Source: Acanthaster planci
Taxonomy: Eukaryota
NCBI RefSeq assembly: GCF_001949145.1
Contig: NW_019091355.1
Location: forward strand, 2,255,107-2,319,106
DNA length: 64,000 nt
Direction of reading: 5' to 3'
This document shows, piece after piece, positions 39,001 through 51,254 of the stretch; position 1 is the first letter of the stretch; each line of letters opens with the position of its first letter. Both the position numbers and the translations under genes were made by a program. Below the pieces are notes generated by a model, which had not been told where the DNA came from, made no database searches, and saw only the letters and a program-made list of their open reading frames with translations.

Positions 39001-42000
39001 CATGCAAATTATTGAAACGTGAGCATGGAAACCCACAATGTAGAGGCTACACCCATTTCCCATTGACATGTGTGGCATTAGCAGCCGCAGCCAAGAAATT
39101 TGGCACGGCTTGTCGCTTAGATATTAAGCCAAAGGAGTCGGAGAACGGTCAGCGTTTGATATACCGTGATCCTCTGACACTGGTCAACTTGACATTTTAA
39201 CTTGTAATATCAAATCACGCATGACTACGCACCTCTGAGATTCTTATGGTCCTAAATTGAAATGGCCTAGATCCACGCCGGTTGTGGACAGCCAGCAAAG
39301 GTTGATGACATTGGTGAGGTTTAGGTGACAAGCGGAAAATAAAGCTAAAGCAAATTTAATGGGGATTTACAACCACGAAGTACATGTACATGTATTGTGA
39401 TAAATACGGGGATTCCGAATAGTGCACCTCCAAGAGTTTGCAAAGCGTTGACCAATCACCATGCGCGAAATCCGTCGACCCTTTCGAAACGCGTACTTGG
39501 TCGACAGATTCCGTGATTGGTCAACGCGTTGCAAACTCTTGGAGGCGCTCCATTGTGGAACGCCAGTATTTGTTGAAATCTTAATGATGCATGCACATTT
39601 ATGCCACGGTAAAGTGAAACTCGGGACATCGTGATGGGATAAATTCACTAATAATGATTGATTTATCCCATCTTACTGAAGACCTCACAGTCTGATGATT
39701 TAAATAATGCCTATTTACCGTTCGGGTAGTTTTCCACGCAAAGAGGCTCTTGCTTTTTAGAGGGAAAGCAACCGAGAGAAACATTGGCAAGCTGAAAAAG
39801 GGGTAAAAATACGGAGTCAGAAATTTTGTTTTTCAAAATTACACGCATAAATAAAAATAACAACAATATCATCATTATTGACTTTAAACGCCAACCCATC
39901 CCTGAATCCTTTTGCGGTATTATACATCCCTTCTGGCGCAAACGGCTGATTGAAGGCATACAGCCATCTCTACGGGACCATGCAGGTAGCCTTTAACACT
40001 CCTGGGTGGAGAGAGACAGGTGAGGCCAGTGAAGTGACTTGCCGAAGGTCTCAAAATCTAACCAGCCGCTGTATTGAACCCCCAACACATACATCTACTG
40101 GCCATATTTGAATTAGGAGGGCGTTATTTGAAGTGGGTTCGTTTTGCCATACTTTGAATAGGCTAATTATGTTCCTTCGATCTCATAACTCAGTTCTCAA
40201 TTCACACATTCATAACAGCTATAGCCGCAACCCTTACGATTATATCGTCCTTGCTCAAACTAGCCTTCCCTACCGTTGCCATGGTTTTGGCACCAGGAAG
40301 GTAGGAGATTTATTTTTTAGCTGGAAAAATTATCACCAAGGACACGCACCTGAAATTGCCACCGTCACTCAAAGCATCGCTTACTTCGCCAAAAAAGAAG
40401 ACCGATCACGCTTCTGTGTTACTAACATTTCACCCTAAGCGTGTAGATAACATGGACATGTATTCTCTTTCAGGGGGCAGACCCAGTACACGCTTTAGCT
40501 TTTTGTCTGACCCCCAATACTATTATAAATTTAGTTTTGTTAACTTCTATATTAATTAATGGAAATTAACCTGAAACCTGAAACAATTTTGAAGACAAAA
40601 TTGTCTCCAAAAATAGGCCTCTACCCGCAAGTTAACCTTCATTAATATTGTCTCCTCCTGTTCTTACACGTCAAGCTTCCCTCAAGGCTCCATTTGTAAA
40701 TTCTGAATCCGCCAATGCAAAACACCGCTACAATAAAAGTTACCGGTAGTGTTTTTCACTAAGAGGTGTTTATAATAAGTTGGATTTCAGTCACCAACGG
40801 ACGCTTAAAGAAGTACAGTCAGGTATACCTAGAATTACATCCTCCAAATTCACCATTAGGATAAGAAAAGGAAAACATCTTTTTCTGTTGTCGCATCCAA
40901 GATATGATTTCGGGCTACATGTATTTAAAATGTCTCATGGCGCAGAACCCTATGCCTTTCATTTTTATCAATCCCGTGTTGAATCTATAATCCACTTTCT
41001 CTCCCAGCTTTTGCTTCTACCAACATCCCAATTTTAGTCATCAATATTCAAGCCTTTCTCCATCTTAGCTGCCTTGCGCCCAGTGACGAATCCAGCGGTG
41101 AGTGGGGCGAAGCTGGTAGGCTGCCCCCATGGAGAAATGTTGCCAATTGTAGAGGAATTGAAAGTACCACCACTGTAGGAACGGTACATGTTCCACATGT
41201 TCATAGATGTGAGTAAAACGACAGCGGTTACACCATGGATCAATCTCTTTCTTGAGTATGTGTGGTTCGGAGAAGAACCGGGGAATAACTCGACATTTCG
41301 AACAGTGTACTCTGTCAGTCTTCAGGAGACCGCAGGACTGGGGGTGGAGCTTATATGGTGTAGAGACGAGGGATCCAGATGTAGGGATTAGCGGGAACAA
41401 GGCATGCTGCGCTGGATCCTGGAACTGCATAACCTGAGTGTGTGCTTACTCAAGTGTGTCAGTTGGGGTTTGCAGTGGGAGAGTGAACAGCTGGGTGCCA
41501 AGGGTAGAGAAGACCCATAAGGCCAACTAAGGAGGGAACCTAACTGGGGAGTCCTTGGGTACAGAAGACCCATTGGACTGGGATGTGAGGATGGGGCGCC
41601 AGATATCGCTGATGCTGAAGCCGATGCCTTGGGGAACCGAGTTATGCTTGATGGTTTCTATGGCTTCCCTGATGCGGCGGGGATACCATCGTTCGATGAT
41701 GGTGATGAGTTCAACTTGGATCCAGTTGATCCGGATCCCTCTTTTCACCATATAAGCTCCACTCCCACTCCGAATCCTGCAGTCTCCTGAAGACGGACAG
41801 AGTTCACCGTTTGAAACGTCGAGTTATTCCCTGGTTCTTCTCAGAACCACACATACTCAAGAAAGAGATTGATCCATGGTGTAACCGCAATCGTTTTACT
41901 CATATAGTTCTTTCACCATGAAAACCTTCAGGTCTTATGTTCTTAGACGGTGAATGATTCTTCCACTCATAAATGAAATGTGAATAAGCGTTTCTGGAAA

Positions 42001-42476
42001 CCGCCTTTTAGCCCGGCCTCCCTTACGCCATAGTCTGCAATTACTTACTAATTACTTAGTACTTTTAAACAATGGAACAAAAGGGGTAAAGGGAAGGACT
42101 TCATAAAGATAATCCCGAGTGAAATGGAGGTAGGTTTACTTACCTCGTTGTGCAAATAAGAGTAGAACCATCCTGGCACCTGCACCAGACGGTCGGGCTT
42201 GTTGTGGTGAGAGGCGTTGTAGACGAGTTGGCATCGGCCGGTCAGCATCTCGTAGTTGACGGACTCGCACCAAGGGGTGGCTTTGCAAACACCGTGGCAG
42301 ACCCCCTGAGTGATGTTCGTCAAGCGGGAGGTGTGGTTAAACCCAACCAAGGCAGAGTCGACTACGCCGCACCACCGGCTAGAGCAGGTTGGAGCGTCGC
42401 CCACAACAGCTGAGACAATTGCCGTTAAGAGAAGTGCCGTGAGAACGCACGATGTACCATCTCGCAAAGCGTCCAT
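36011..42476 (-). CDS. Secreted protein: signal peptide, PAN/apple domain, short Cys linker, Link-like module (in-frame stop) and uncharacterised invertebrate C-terminal domain
   Basis: Exons 42476-42144, 39791-39719, 38730-38392, 37782-37607, 37075-36894, 36626-36460, 36063-36011, all GT-AG and in phase. PAN: CHGVCKATPWCESVNY...CQL. Link-like: ARDGC..YGLHLCTLAQLKAAYDAGF...KAYCC. C-terminal: WQLVFKGVAG, WFSKHRLLSSPW, RRFLIN...CSDDIGWL, ADFMTI. TAA at 38566-38564. Confidence 0.8.
37140..37320. mobile_element. Palindromic MITE, copy 1 (intronic)
   Basis: ataaatac...ccaagagtttgcaa / ttgcaaactcttgg...gtatttat. Confidence 0.8.
39400..39573. mobile_element. Palindromic MITE, copy 2 (intronic)
   Basis: Same arms as 37140-37320: cctccaagagtttgcaa / ttgcaaactcttggagg. 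Confidence 0.8.
41289..41328 (-). ncRNA. Minimal hammerhead-ribozyme-like motif, left pLTR
   Basis: ctc-CTGAAGA-ct-gacag-agtaca-ctgtt-c-GAAA-tGTC-gag; ctc/gag can form stem I. Confidence 0.55.
41784..41823 (+). ncRNA. Minimal hammerhead-ribozyme-like motif, right pLTR (degenerate stem II)
   Basis: ctc-CTGAAGA-cggacagagttcaccgttt-GAAA-cGTC-gag. Confidence 0.5.
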
Positions 42477-44551
42477 TTTTGCTAAGAGACAATCTCGGCG
42501 GTGAAGCAACAAATTCCCTCTTATTGCCAAGGGCACTGCTGCAGATTTTTCCTGCGGGGGAGACCACTTTTTTCCGGGGGGAAATTTCCTAGGTATCAAA
42601 ATACTCATTGGCTACGAACTGCTAAACCATAAACGATAGGAGAGGACAATTTTTAGTTTTTTTCCCCAAGCTAATTGATGATTTTCACCCCGTTTCATTT
42701 CTTTCTTTTCATTCTGTTACTTTTCCTTTTATATCTTGTTATTCTAATTTATTAGGGGGGACAAACGCCCCTTCATATTTACTATGAACTTCACTCTTTT
42801 AGCTCGTCGAGCCGTGATGCCAGCATCAGCAATAGAGGAAAAACAGCATGTAGCCTACATGTAAACAGAACACCAAGGAACCTTATATGGATTAATAACT
42901 ATCCTCCGAATTCCTCTTTAAAGCACAGTTTGGCTTTTGGTTTTTCCAGTTTAACATCTCTTAAAAATTTGACTTGAAAAGTAGAATGGGAGACAGCCCT
43001 ATTCCCGCCATCTAACCCTTCTCCCGTACTTTAAGAATCATTCAAGATGTCCGAGTTGTGATAGCCGTATGCAACTCATAACGTATGCGGGCTAAGCCCC
43101 ACATAGGATTAGGGAATATATGATATATTTTTTACGTGATTGACTGAAAAATTCCCTACACCCAATAACCCGTCGTGTGGGTAATTGGAGGCGAGAGGGA
43201 AGTATTTACCAAGTCTCTAATTTTGTGGGAAATAAGGAAGATTTCTTGACTGTGTGCAACCAATGGCCAATCTGTCTATGTGGCATTGGAGATGATACCT
43301 TGCGTGGGACCATATTTTGTGAGGACGGGGTATGCGCAGGTTTCACAAACTCGGCTTACATAAAAGGCCCCAATGCACGGCGGAATTACCAGTGAAATAT
43401 TCATGATGGGGAGAGAGTACACTGTACCTTGGAATTAAATGGTTAAACAGCTAACTGCATATACTTCATTTGATATGTTTATCCAAGGAATTTTGCACTC
43501 TGAGAGCAGCTCCAGGTACCTGTTTGTGGCCCCCATGCAAAGTACACAGAAGACCTCGTGACTGACTTTCAGATATCGATCTGTGAGAAATACCAAAGTG
43601 AGGCAATAGCCAGTGAACCTGCCAGTACAGTCATCATCCATGTTCCGATCGCTAGTCCGCGGTGGTTTCCGAAGCATTCTGCTGGGAATCCCGACACTGA
43701 CCCCTCCAGTTGTATCCCCTCCATAGGTAGACGGTGTGCGGGTACCAGCATACATGATTGTATTTTGTTATTAACTGGCATTTTGTCACTCAGTAAGTCA
43801 TTTCCATTACTCGCGAACAACTTGGTATTACGTCTCTCTTAAAATGCTATAATACGCTAAAAGCTTTTTAGAATTTGAGTAAGACCGGAAATGGATTATG
43901 GAACCATTCACGACTAAGCCAGATCTGCAACTGTTTGAAACCAGTGGGCCAGTAATGGCGATGTTAAAACTGTTACCGCGAACTATTTTCAAGATGTATT
44001 TTTGCGTTGGGGAGATGTTAATTATATATATAATTGTACGGGCAAAACCGTTATATATATAGTCAAAACTGTTGTAATATTTTTTTACTTTTCATTGACG
44101 AGCAAAACGTTTGTTTTGTTTTTCTTTGTCTTCTTTATGAAATTTGGTAATACTAAGAAATCGACGTCATCAACTCAAAGCAAAAAATAAGAATAAGGAA
44201 GAAACCAAATAAAAGGTTAGCATTTGTCAATAAAATGGCAATAATTATGCAGGTGTATCAAAAGAAGTGGAAACTTAAATTAAACAAAACCTCTGTATAT
44301 TAATTATTCATTTGTATGCAGAATTTGCGATAAAAGTACAAAAAGAATTTCGGACAATGAAATTTGCGTTAATGTGCCTTAAAAGGCAACAGCTTTACAA
44401 GATCAAATTGAATTACGGTTTATAGATGCAGAGCCCGCATCAACTGTATGAACCATTATCCCTTAACACATTATTTTGGTCGTTAAACTCGCAATCCCCC
44501 AGTCCAAAATGGAATCTTCCGACAAATGTCTTGAAGCCTGACTTGAGTGGC

Positions 44552-44558
44552 TATAAAT
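44552..44558 (+). promoter_or_regulatory. TATA box of ependymin-related gene 1
   Basis: TATAAAT about 90 bp upstream of ATG 44645. Confidence 0.6.
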
Positions 44559-44644
44559 ACGGACAGCCCTTAATAAATTTCTCATTATAGCAACGAAGTA
44601 CACTCTTCCGGAATAGTTGTCTTCTGTTTTACACAATTTACAAA

Positions 44645-47505
44645 ATGCACGTCAGCACTTTATTACTTCTGGTTTTGGTGGCAGCGGTGGGATACTATGT
44701 GGACGGCAAAAATTGTTGTTTTCCATCACGCTACAGGGTGAGCACCGGTAAGCTTCAACTTTTGATAAAATATTCTCTATAAACTTTCTCCATTATTTGA
44801 TACAGAATTTCATTCTTCTGTGCAATATCCCTCTGTAAAATAATGCAACATATAAAAATGTGAATGGTTTTTGTTGTGAGTCTTTTGAAATATGTATTCA
44901 ACAATTAAAGTACATCCTTATCTCTGTTGTGTCTTGCCTGCCCTGGTCAGTGGGTGGAATCTTCTACGATCCCGGTAGCATAAAGCCCAGGCTCGAGATC
45001 GCCGCTATCGTTGCTCGGGACGCCGCGCGGAATGTGGTGGGGACCAAGAGGAAATCGGCCGAGGTGGAAACGGGCAAGAAATGGGTCACCCGCAAGGTCA
45101 AGAAATTTGACGCGGTAGGTAGTACGTTGGCTTCCCGAGTGATTCCGAAAGGGGATTGTGCATTCACAGTCAGTCGTTTTACTAGTTGGCCGTCCAGTTT
45201 GCCACCGACACTGGACCAGTCTGTAAAAGATAACATTGCGAGAATTGGCCGCTGAACGCTGATTGACTAATGATTAATCCAAAGGGTCGCAGTCAGAGTC
45301 TCGAGACATTTTTGAGTAACCCGATTACAACATTCCGGCCCATGTTTATGGTTAGTAAGTGAGGAACAGTTTACACGGATGATTTGGTTAGAAATGGATG
45401 TAAACATGAACAAGGGTGTTCAATGTTTGAAAAGCCTCGTGGTTAATGTCAACTCCATTCACTTGTTTTGTCTTGATGATCGTCCTGAAGAAACAGCCAA
45501 TGAAACCTCCTATAAACCTTACGCTCAATCATTAATTTTCATACTAAAGTGTGTAAGAAGTGGTTGATGGTTGTATTCCTCCAGAAAACACTGACTGCCA
45601 AAGTTTGGACAATTCTCACCGTTGGGAACGAGACAACATGCAGACTTGATGTGGTACCAGGTGTCGACAACCCTTGCATACCCGGTAGGTCATTTGTGGG
45701 TTTGACTGATGAGTGTAGAGACCAGGATGAACATTTTAGTGGGGTCATTCGTTTCGCATTAATTCATGGGCATTGGCAGCCCATAAACAGCTTAAACAAT
45801 TAGTACCAAACGTATGTTTCTTAAACTCACTGTAACAGAATAGTCTGATCGAAGTTTCGTGAGCTGAAATTAATTTCCCCTTAAAACAGACAAAATACGA
45901 CCTAAATCCTGTGGGCATAGATTTGATTGGAAATAACTTAAAATTGCTGGTGAGAATCTAACTGATGACTATAAGTGATTGAAAAATGAAAAGCAAGTAT
46001 TCATGCCTGGATGGAAATTTCATGCAACCATGTATAGATGTGACGGGAAACCACAATTTTATTCATATGGAGTACACTACGTGAATATGAAAGAGACGTT
46101 TAACAAAACAGAGATTTCTTCAACTTTGCCCAATATCTCCAATTCCTCAAATTGCATGGGTCGAAATGTTGATATGCACCAACCGATTTCAAATTTTGTC
46201 CTGCAGACAGTTTCACACGGCTGGAGCCGATCTGGTACGGCAACCTTACCGGGGAGTCGCTCATGATTGATCGCTACCAGCTGAAGTCCATCGTGCCCAG
46301 AGACGGCTCGGACGAATGGTTCGAATACACAGTGTTCGTCGCCCCCAAGCCCGATGGTACTTGCGTTCTCACCAATGAAATGAAAGAATACACGACGCCA
46401 GATGGTAGGGGCGGCTTCGTTTCTCTACATTAAAATGCATTAGCACAACCAACTTATGAAGATGCGGGTAGTAGGTAATGGATACATTTCCGGTAATGGT
46501 AGTGGTGCAGTGCGTGAGAAACTTTTCCGGGGTGGCGGAGAAGGGATAAACGCTTTCGAATACTACAACAGGCACTCTTTCGCTTCGATGTGGGTAGTTT
46601 TTGTTTTCCTTGGGTTTTCTTACCGTACCGAAACTTGGCCTGCCGGTTTAGCCTATGTAGCCTTCGTAGATGGAGATGATGATTCTGATCATCCATGTTT
46701 TCAGACGGAGGTTAGATCTACATTTTCATGCCCTCTATTTCTAGGTGTAGCCGGCTATCTCCGTAACTATGGCAACTTTAGCGTACCAAAGACCGATGCT
46801 GGATTTGCCGATCTCTTCTACGTTCCGGAGGATATATGCCCAATGGAGGTTAGTTATTCTTGAAAGAGTTCACAGACGGAACGCAACAATGGGAAGATCT
46901 CACAAAGCACTCGCTCTCAATTTGCAATTAACTTTAATTGAAAGAATTCATTACACATGCGTGATAACCACAGCTTCAGTGATAAATATTAAAGACTTTA
47001 CCTCAGCTTTCCCGCCAATTAAAGAGACTCCCGTCTACGTGTTGTACAGACTGTTATGAGCAGAAAATTCAGCGCAGACTGAAAGCCATTTTCTCGAGAT
47101 TTTTTGCAACACATAACAAGGACGAACTGCCAAATATTGATGTTGATTCGTGAAAAACCAACATAAAACGAACAAGGAGTCGTTTAGGTTAAACTAAACT
47201 GACCATAACAAACGGATGGGTATTGATTTGAAATATTCACGTTTTCACAAAAACAAAAACAGATTCAGTGCTGTAGTCGAGACCCCCAAAGATAATAAGT
47301 TTCTAGCTATTCGACAGAGGAGATTAACTTTGTTCATAAAACTGACTGGTAATAACGCCCTTCCATGTGTGTACTTCCATTGACCATTCTGATGAAGTTA
47401 CCCCATTCTCATGAATCTCTTCAATTTGGCCGGATACAGCTCGATGTCGCAGCACCCAAGAACCTGTTTGAAGAGTACCTGAAGAGCGATAATTGGATGT
47501 TCTGA
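44645..47505 (+). CDS. Ependymin-related secreted protein 1, about 244 aa
   Basis: Exons 44645-44747, 44951-45114, 45585-45684, 46207-46404, 46745-46848, 47440-47505; intron phases 1,0,1,1,0. Signal peptide MHVSTLLLLVLVAAVG, then CCFP, TC...NPCIP, CVLTNE, YGNF...LFYVPEDIC, the invertebrate EPDR cysteine pattern. Confidence 0.8.
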
Positions 47506-50492
47506 GGACTTCATCTCTACGTAGTCATGGTATCAGCTTTGGCAGACTGCGACCGACAATGTCTCAAACTGCACATTTTTTTCAATACCCGAATGGTCTA
47601 TAGACGCTGAGATGCCAGACCGACGTCAACGGGCATCTCATTGGACACTGTTTTATAAGCGTTTTCCACTGTTTACATTTTAAGATGAATTCCAAAGTTA
47701 AGTGATGTCTCCTATTGTCTTTAATTGTTTATGAAAAAAAGATAATTATCACCCAGATAAGTTAATTACAGGGGTAAACACAATTAGGCAATTATTACAA
47801 AAGTAAGGAGGAGTTTAAGCAACTTTTAGAGTATCCATCAGTTATAAAGTCAACGGGAACCAATAAGTGTACAAGTTGTGAAACTACACGTAAATCGAAT
47901 CTATGAAAAAAGGGTACTTTCCTTTTTGTTGTGTAAAAAGTGGGCATTGAAGAAGTCCTGTACCTTTGCCCTTTCCGATATCCTGAAAAATTTCTTTTCA
48001 GTGTCCAAGTAACTTTAAATTGGTCAGTAGTTATTGGTCGATGAACATATTTTTCTCTAATTTGCAGAACGACATATTCTTCTTGGTGTAGGACCGTTAA
48101 ACTCGAAGGCATCTTGTAATGGTCAGTCAGCTATCATGGTGAATAAAAGTTGGAGACTGAATGCCTCCCGTCGAAAACGCACTGTGATATTAAAAACTTT
48201 TCTATCTGAATAATTTAACGGTATGTTTGTAATTATTTCTAACGCTCTATTTCTCTCCTGGTGCCCATCCGCTTGTTTGTGAGTCCTGACATGGGACTCA
48301 GAGCCTTGGCTTTAAGCAATATGTGTGCATTGATTTCTAAATTTATGTTTGGGGAGCATATGAACAAGAGGTATGGAAGCGGTGAAAATATACAAGTACT
48401 TGTAACCAGCTACAGACTATCACAGACTTAGGCCTAACATGCATAAAGACTCGGTGCTGAGACAATGTTTCCCTATATAGTGCATTCAGGAAAAAAGGGT
48501 AGACCATTTGAGCGCGGAACGCGATTTTTCACCAATGGCCAAGTGTCCTACATAAGTCTTCATTTTTTTTGCAGATTTGTTGGCGGAAAGATTCTATTCA
48601 AATTGTAGATTCAATGCTATATTATTTAGGTGACGAATACGCTCATTTTGGGTGGAAATCTGTCTTATTGCATACACGATGCTATAGGAACAAAATCATG
48701 ATTACTATCGGTACATTCACTACACGGATGACAATACCGGCAGGGAGAACCAGAAAGTCGGACTAAAACTACTTCTCAAGCTTTGCTCAATTCCAAATAA
48801 AATGTGTTTCATGCAGACATCAAATCACCAGGCAAAATGATTTTATTATTTTTTTTATTAATGTCGGCCATTATCCTTCCTAACGCTATTTTATCTAAAG
48901 CCGGATTACATCAACATGGCCTTGTTGAAATCGGCATTAATAAGCTCCACAGTATCCATGGTCTACAGGGAGACAAACAGGCAAAGGGGTCAAACCAGTA
49001 GGACCATTACGTCAGAATGACGACACGAATGCTGCTGCAACAGTGATTCATTGTTCACAGCACATTCTCTGAATTTAATTTACCAAACTTGAAGGACAGA
49101 ATAGGCGCGGACCTCGTGGCGCGATGTTAATTTCCATGCACAGTGCCGCTGCGGGCCCCGAGCGGGACTGCAAGAGGGCGCAAGTTTCTTAGCAACGGGG
49201 ATTCCTTTGGTCAGAACTGAACTCCTCCCGTTCACGAACGATAAGAAGTGCACGCGTCATGGTCGAATCGGTAGCAACAAAATGAACACTCCTGACCAAC
49301 GGTGGCTGTTTTCAACCGATGAGGGGGTGCTTCTGCTCAAGGCGGATACGATCATACAACCAAACGGCCCCCAAATGGGACTCTGCCTATTTCCTAATAT
49401 CCCAAGGTTCAATGGTAAAGGTTGGTATCAAAATTTTGCCCTTGACCAATCGAACTGGGTATAATTTATTCAACATTCGAAGAGCTTCTTGCGGAATTAT
49501 ATAGGACATGACTAAAAAAATATTTGCGGCTTACAAATTGGCAAGGTCGGGTTACTATTCCGCCAGGGAGATATACTAATCTGCCCGGGCGGAATAGTAG
49601 TCCGCCTGTGCAAACCAATTTTTTTCTCATATCTCGTGGAAACAAACAAAAGAAAGTAAAAAAGAATAAAAGAACAAAGCTAATAGCAGGATTTGATTGC
49701 AGTTACCAGTGGAGATTTGCCATAGAAGTGGGTAAACAATGAAAAAGACCAGCAAAGTTTATCTTCATATGTTCTCAAGACAAAGGCCATGGCGTCGTCG
49801 TGGGGGAGGGAACGCTTGCCCCCAGGGAGAAAAACCAAGATATTTCAGAACAGGACCACTTTCACTGTCAATGATTCATCAAATTACCTTCTTCCTCCCC
49901 ACCGACAATGCCTCAACCAGAGAAAAATATTCCTAGCGACGTTCATACCGCCGAGTATATACTTACGCTTTGCTGACAGTGGCGGGGCATAAGGAGCAGT
50001 CGACCGAATTCCCTGGGATCGGTGACAGTGCGAAAGTTGGAGTATTTCAACCGTCTCCTGCACTATCCAGATTCACGCATTTTGCAGCTCTCTCATGGCC
50101 ATTTGAATGGGATTCTCACGTCAAATAACAGTCACGTTCAGTTCAGATTAGTTAAAATCAGATCAAACTGTGTCATCTCACCGGTCTTTGCAACGAAGCC
50201 CTCTCGATGTAAAACACAGTTGCTGTCAATGCACATCCAGCCCACGTGACGATCATCCTCAATACTGACGTACCTTGTGGAGCCCGCTGGGCACTTAAGT
50301 CTCGTCAGCACGGGCGCCTTTTGGGCTGGCAGAAAACAAAAGAAAGCGGGGAAAAAAAGAAAAGAAATGAACATCACGGTGTGAAAGGAGTGTCCACTGG
50401 AAGCCTCACACGTGATTTGAGTCTTTATTCAAGTCCATCCAACAGGACGGTGAAACAAGTTACAATGAGGAAGACAATGACCAATTTATTGT

Positions 50493-50620
50493 CCAGTTTT
50501 GGATTTGGGAGAAAGACCCCGGACAAAGATTTGTGAGAATACCCACGGAGTCAGGCAGGGACTGAAAACCTAATCCACTTGCCGCCCTAGACGTGATTCG
50601 AGCCATGGGTAGCAGAGGTA
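50493..50620 (-). mobile_element. SINE copy (duplicated at about 52410-52535)
   Basis: ggctcgaatc B box, gtggattaggttttcagtccctgcctgactccgtgggtattctc core as at 19165-19330. Confidence 0.55.
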
Positions 50621-50701
50621 TAACGTGGGGGAAGTACATGGCATAACTCCAACCTGACTTTCCACGTCTCAACCACGCAGTTTACAGGAAGCGACTTAAT
50701 A

Positions 50702-51019
50702 CTAGCCCGTGAAACCTGGTGCGCTACTTTTTTTCAGTAGCTGGGGTGACCAATGGTTCATGAAGAGGGGACAATGCAATACACCATTTAAGACATTTCA
50801 AAAACAGGAATCCATTACGTCGCTTCGATAGCTTAGTTGGTAGTGATTTAAAGTACAGATCCATTGTCCCTGGTTCGAATCCGACCCATTTGTGCTATTC
50901 ATTTTCTGATTTTATCATTGTGTTTGGGATTTCCTTTTTCAATTGATGCAGAAACAGAGTCCAAGCAAGAACCCTCTAAGGGTCTTGGGAAAAATAGCAG
51001 ACCAGGTTTCACGGGTTAG
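50702..51019. mobile_element. TA-flanked MITE carrying a tRNA-Tyr-derived segment, copy 1
   Basis: TA|ctagcccgtgaaacctggt ... accaggtttcacgggttag|TA; internal A box tagcttagttggtag and B box ggttcgaatcc at 50823-50885. Confidence 0.75.
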
Positions 51020-51254
51020 TATCTAATCACTTCCCCAGCTGTATGGCCTTGGATGAGAGAGTCACGGTGTTTCAAGCATGTATAGTGGGATTTTCCCGTG
51101 CATTTTTGGTATTGCTGATGCATTTCACTATTGTTGAATTCAGCACCCCCACTGCAGACCACGCCCCCAAAAAGGACACTATCTTCACAAAACAACTGAG
51201 ATGTCTGCCTAGGAAGGTCTCCGCCTGATTNAGTTCACAGCACATTCTCTGAAT

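Larger units (their letters stand above)
41204..41905 (-). mobile_element. Truncated Penelope-like retroelement: GIY-YIG C-terminal fragment between inverted pseudo-LTRs
   Basis: ORF 41527-41751(-) INWIQVELITIIERWYPRRIREAIETIKHN...GIGFSISDIWRPIL resembles the end of PLE endonucleases; flanked by about 155-bp inverted repeats at 41204-41360 and 41746-41905. Confidence 0.8.
49054..51229 (-). pseudogene. Decayed partial duplicate (or uncollapsed allele) of ependymin-related gene 2
   Basis: Colinear with 51234-54147. Retains exon 4 (50325-50182) but lacks the exon-3 region and the exon-5 acceptor; no exons 1-2; ends at the single N at 51231. Confidence 0.7.

Noticed and set aside
50823..50885. 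Functional tRNA gene (also 53741-53803)
   Set aside because: The anticodon stem and 3' acceptor strand do not pair; treated as a tRNA-derived relic.
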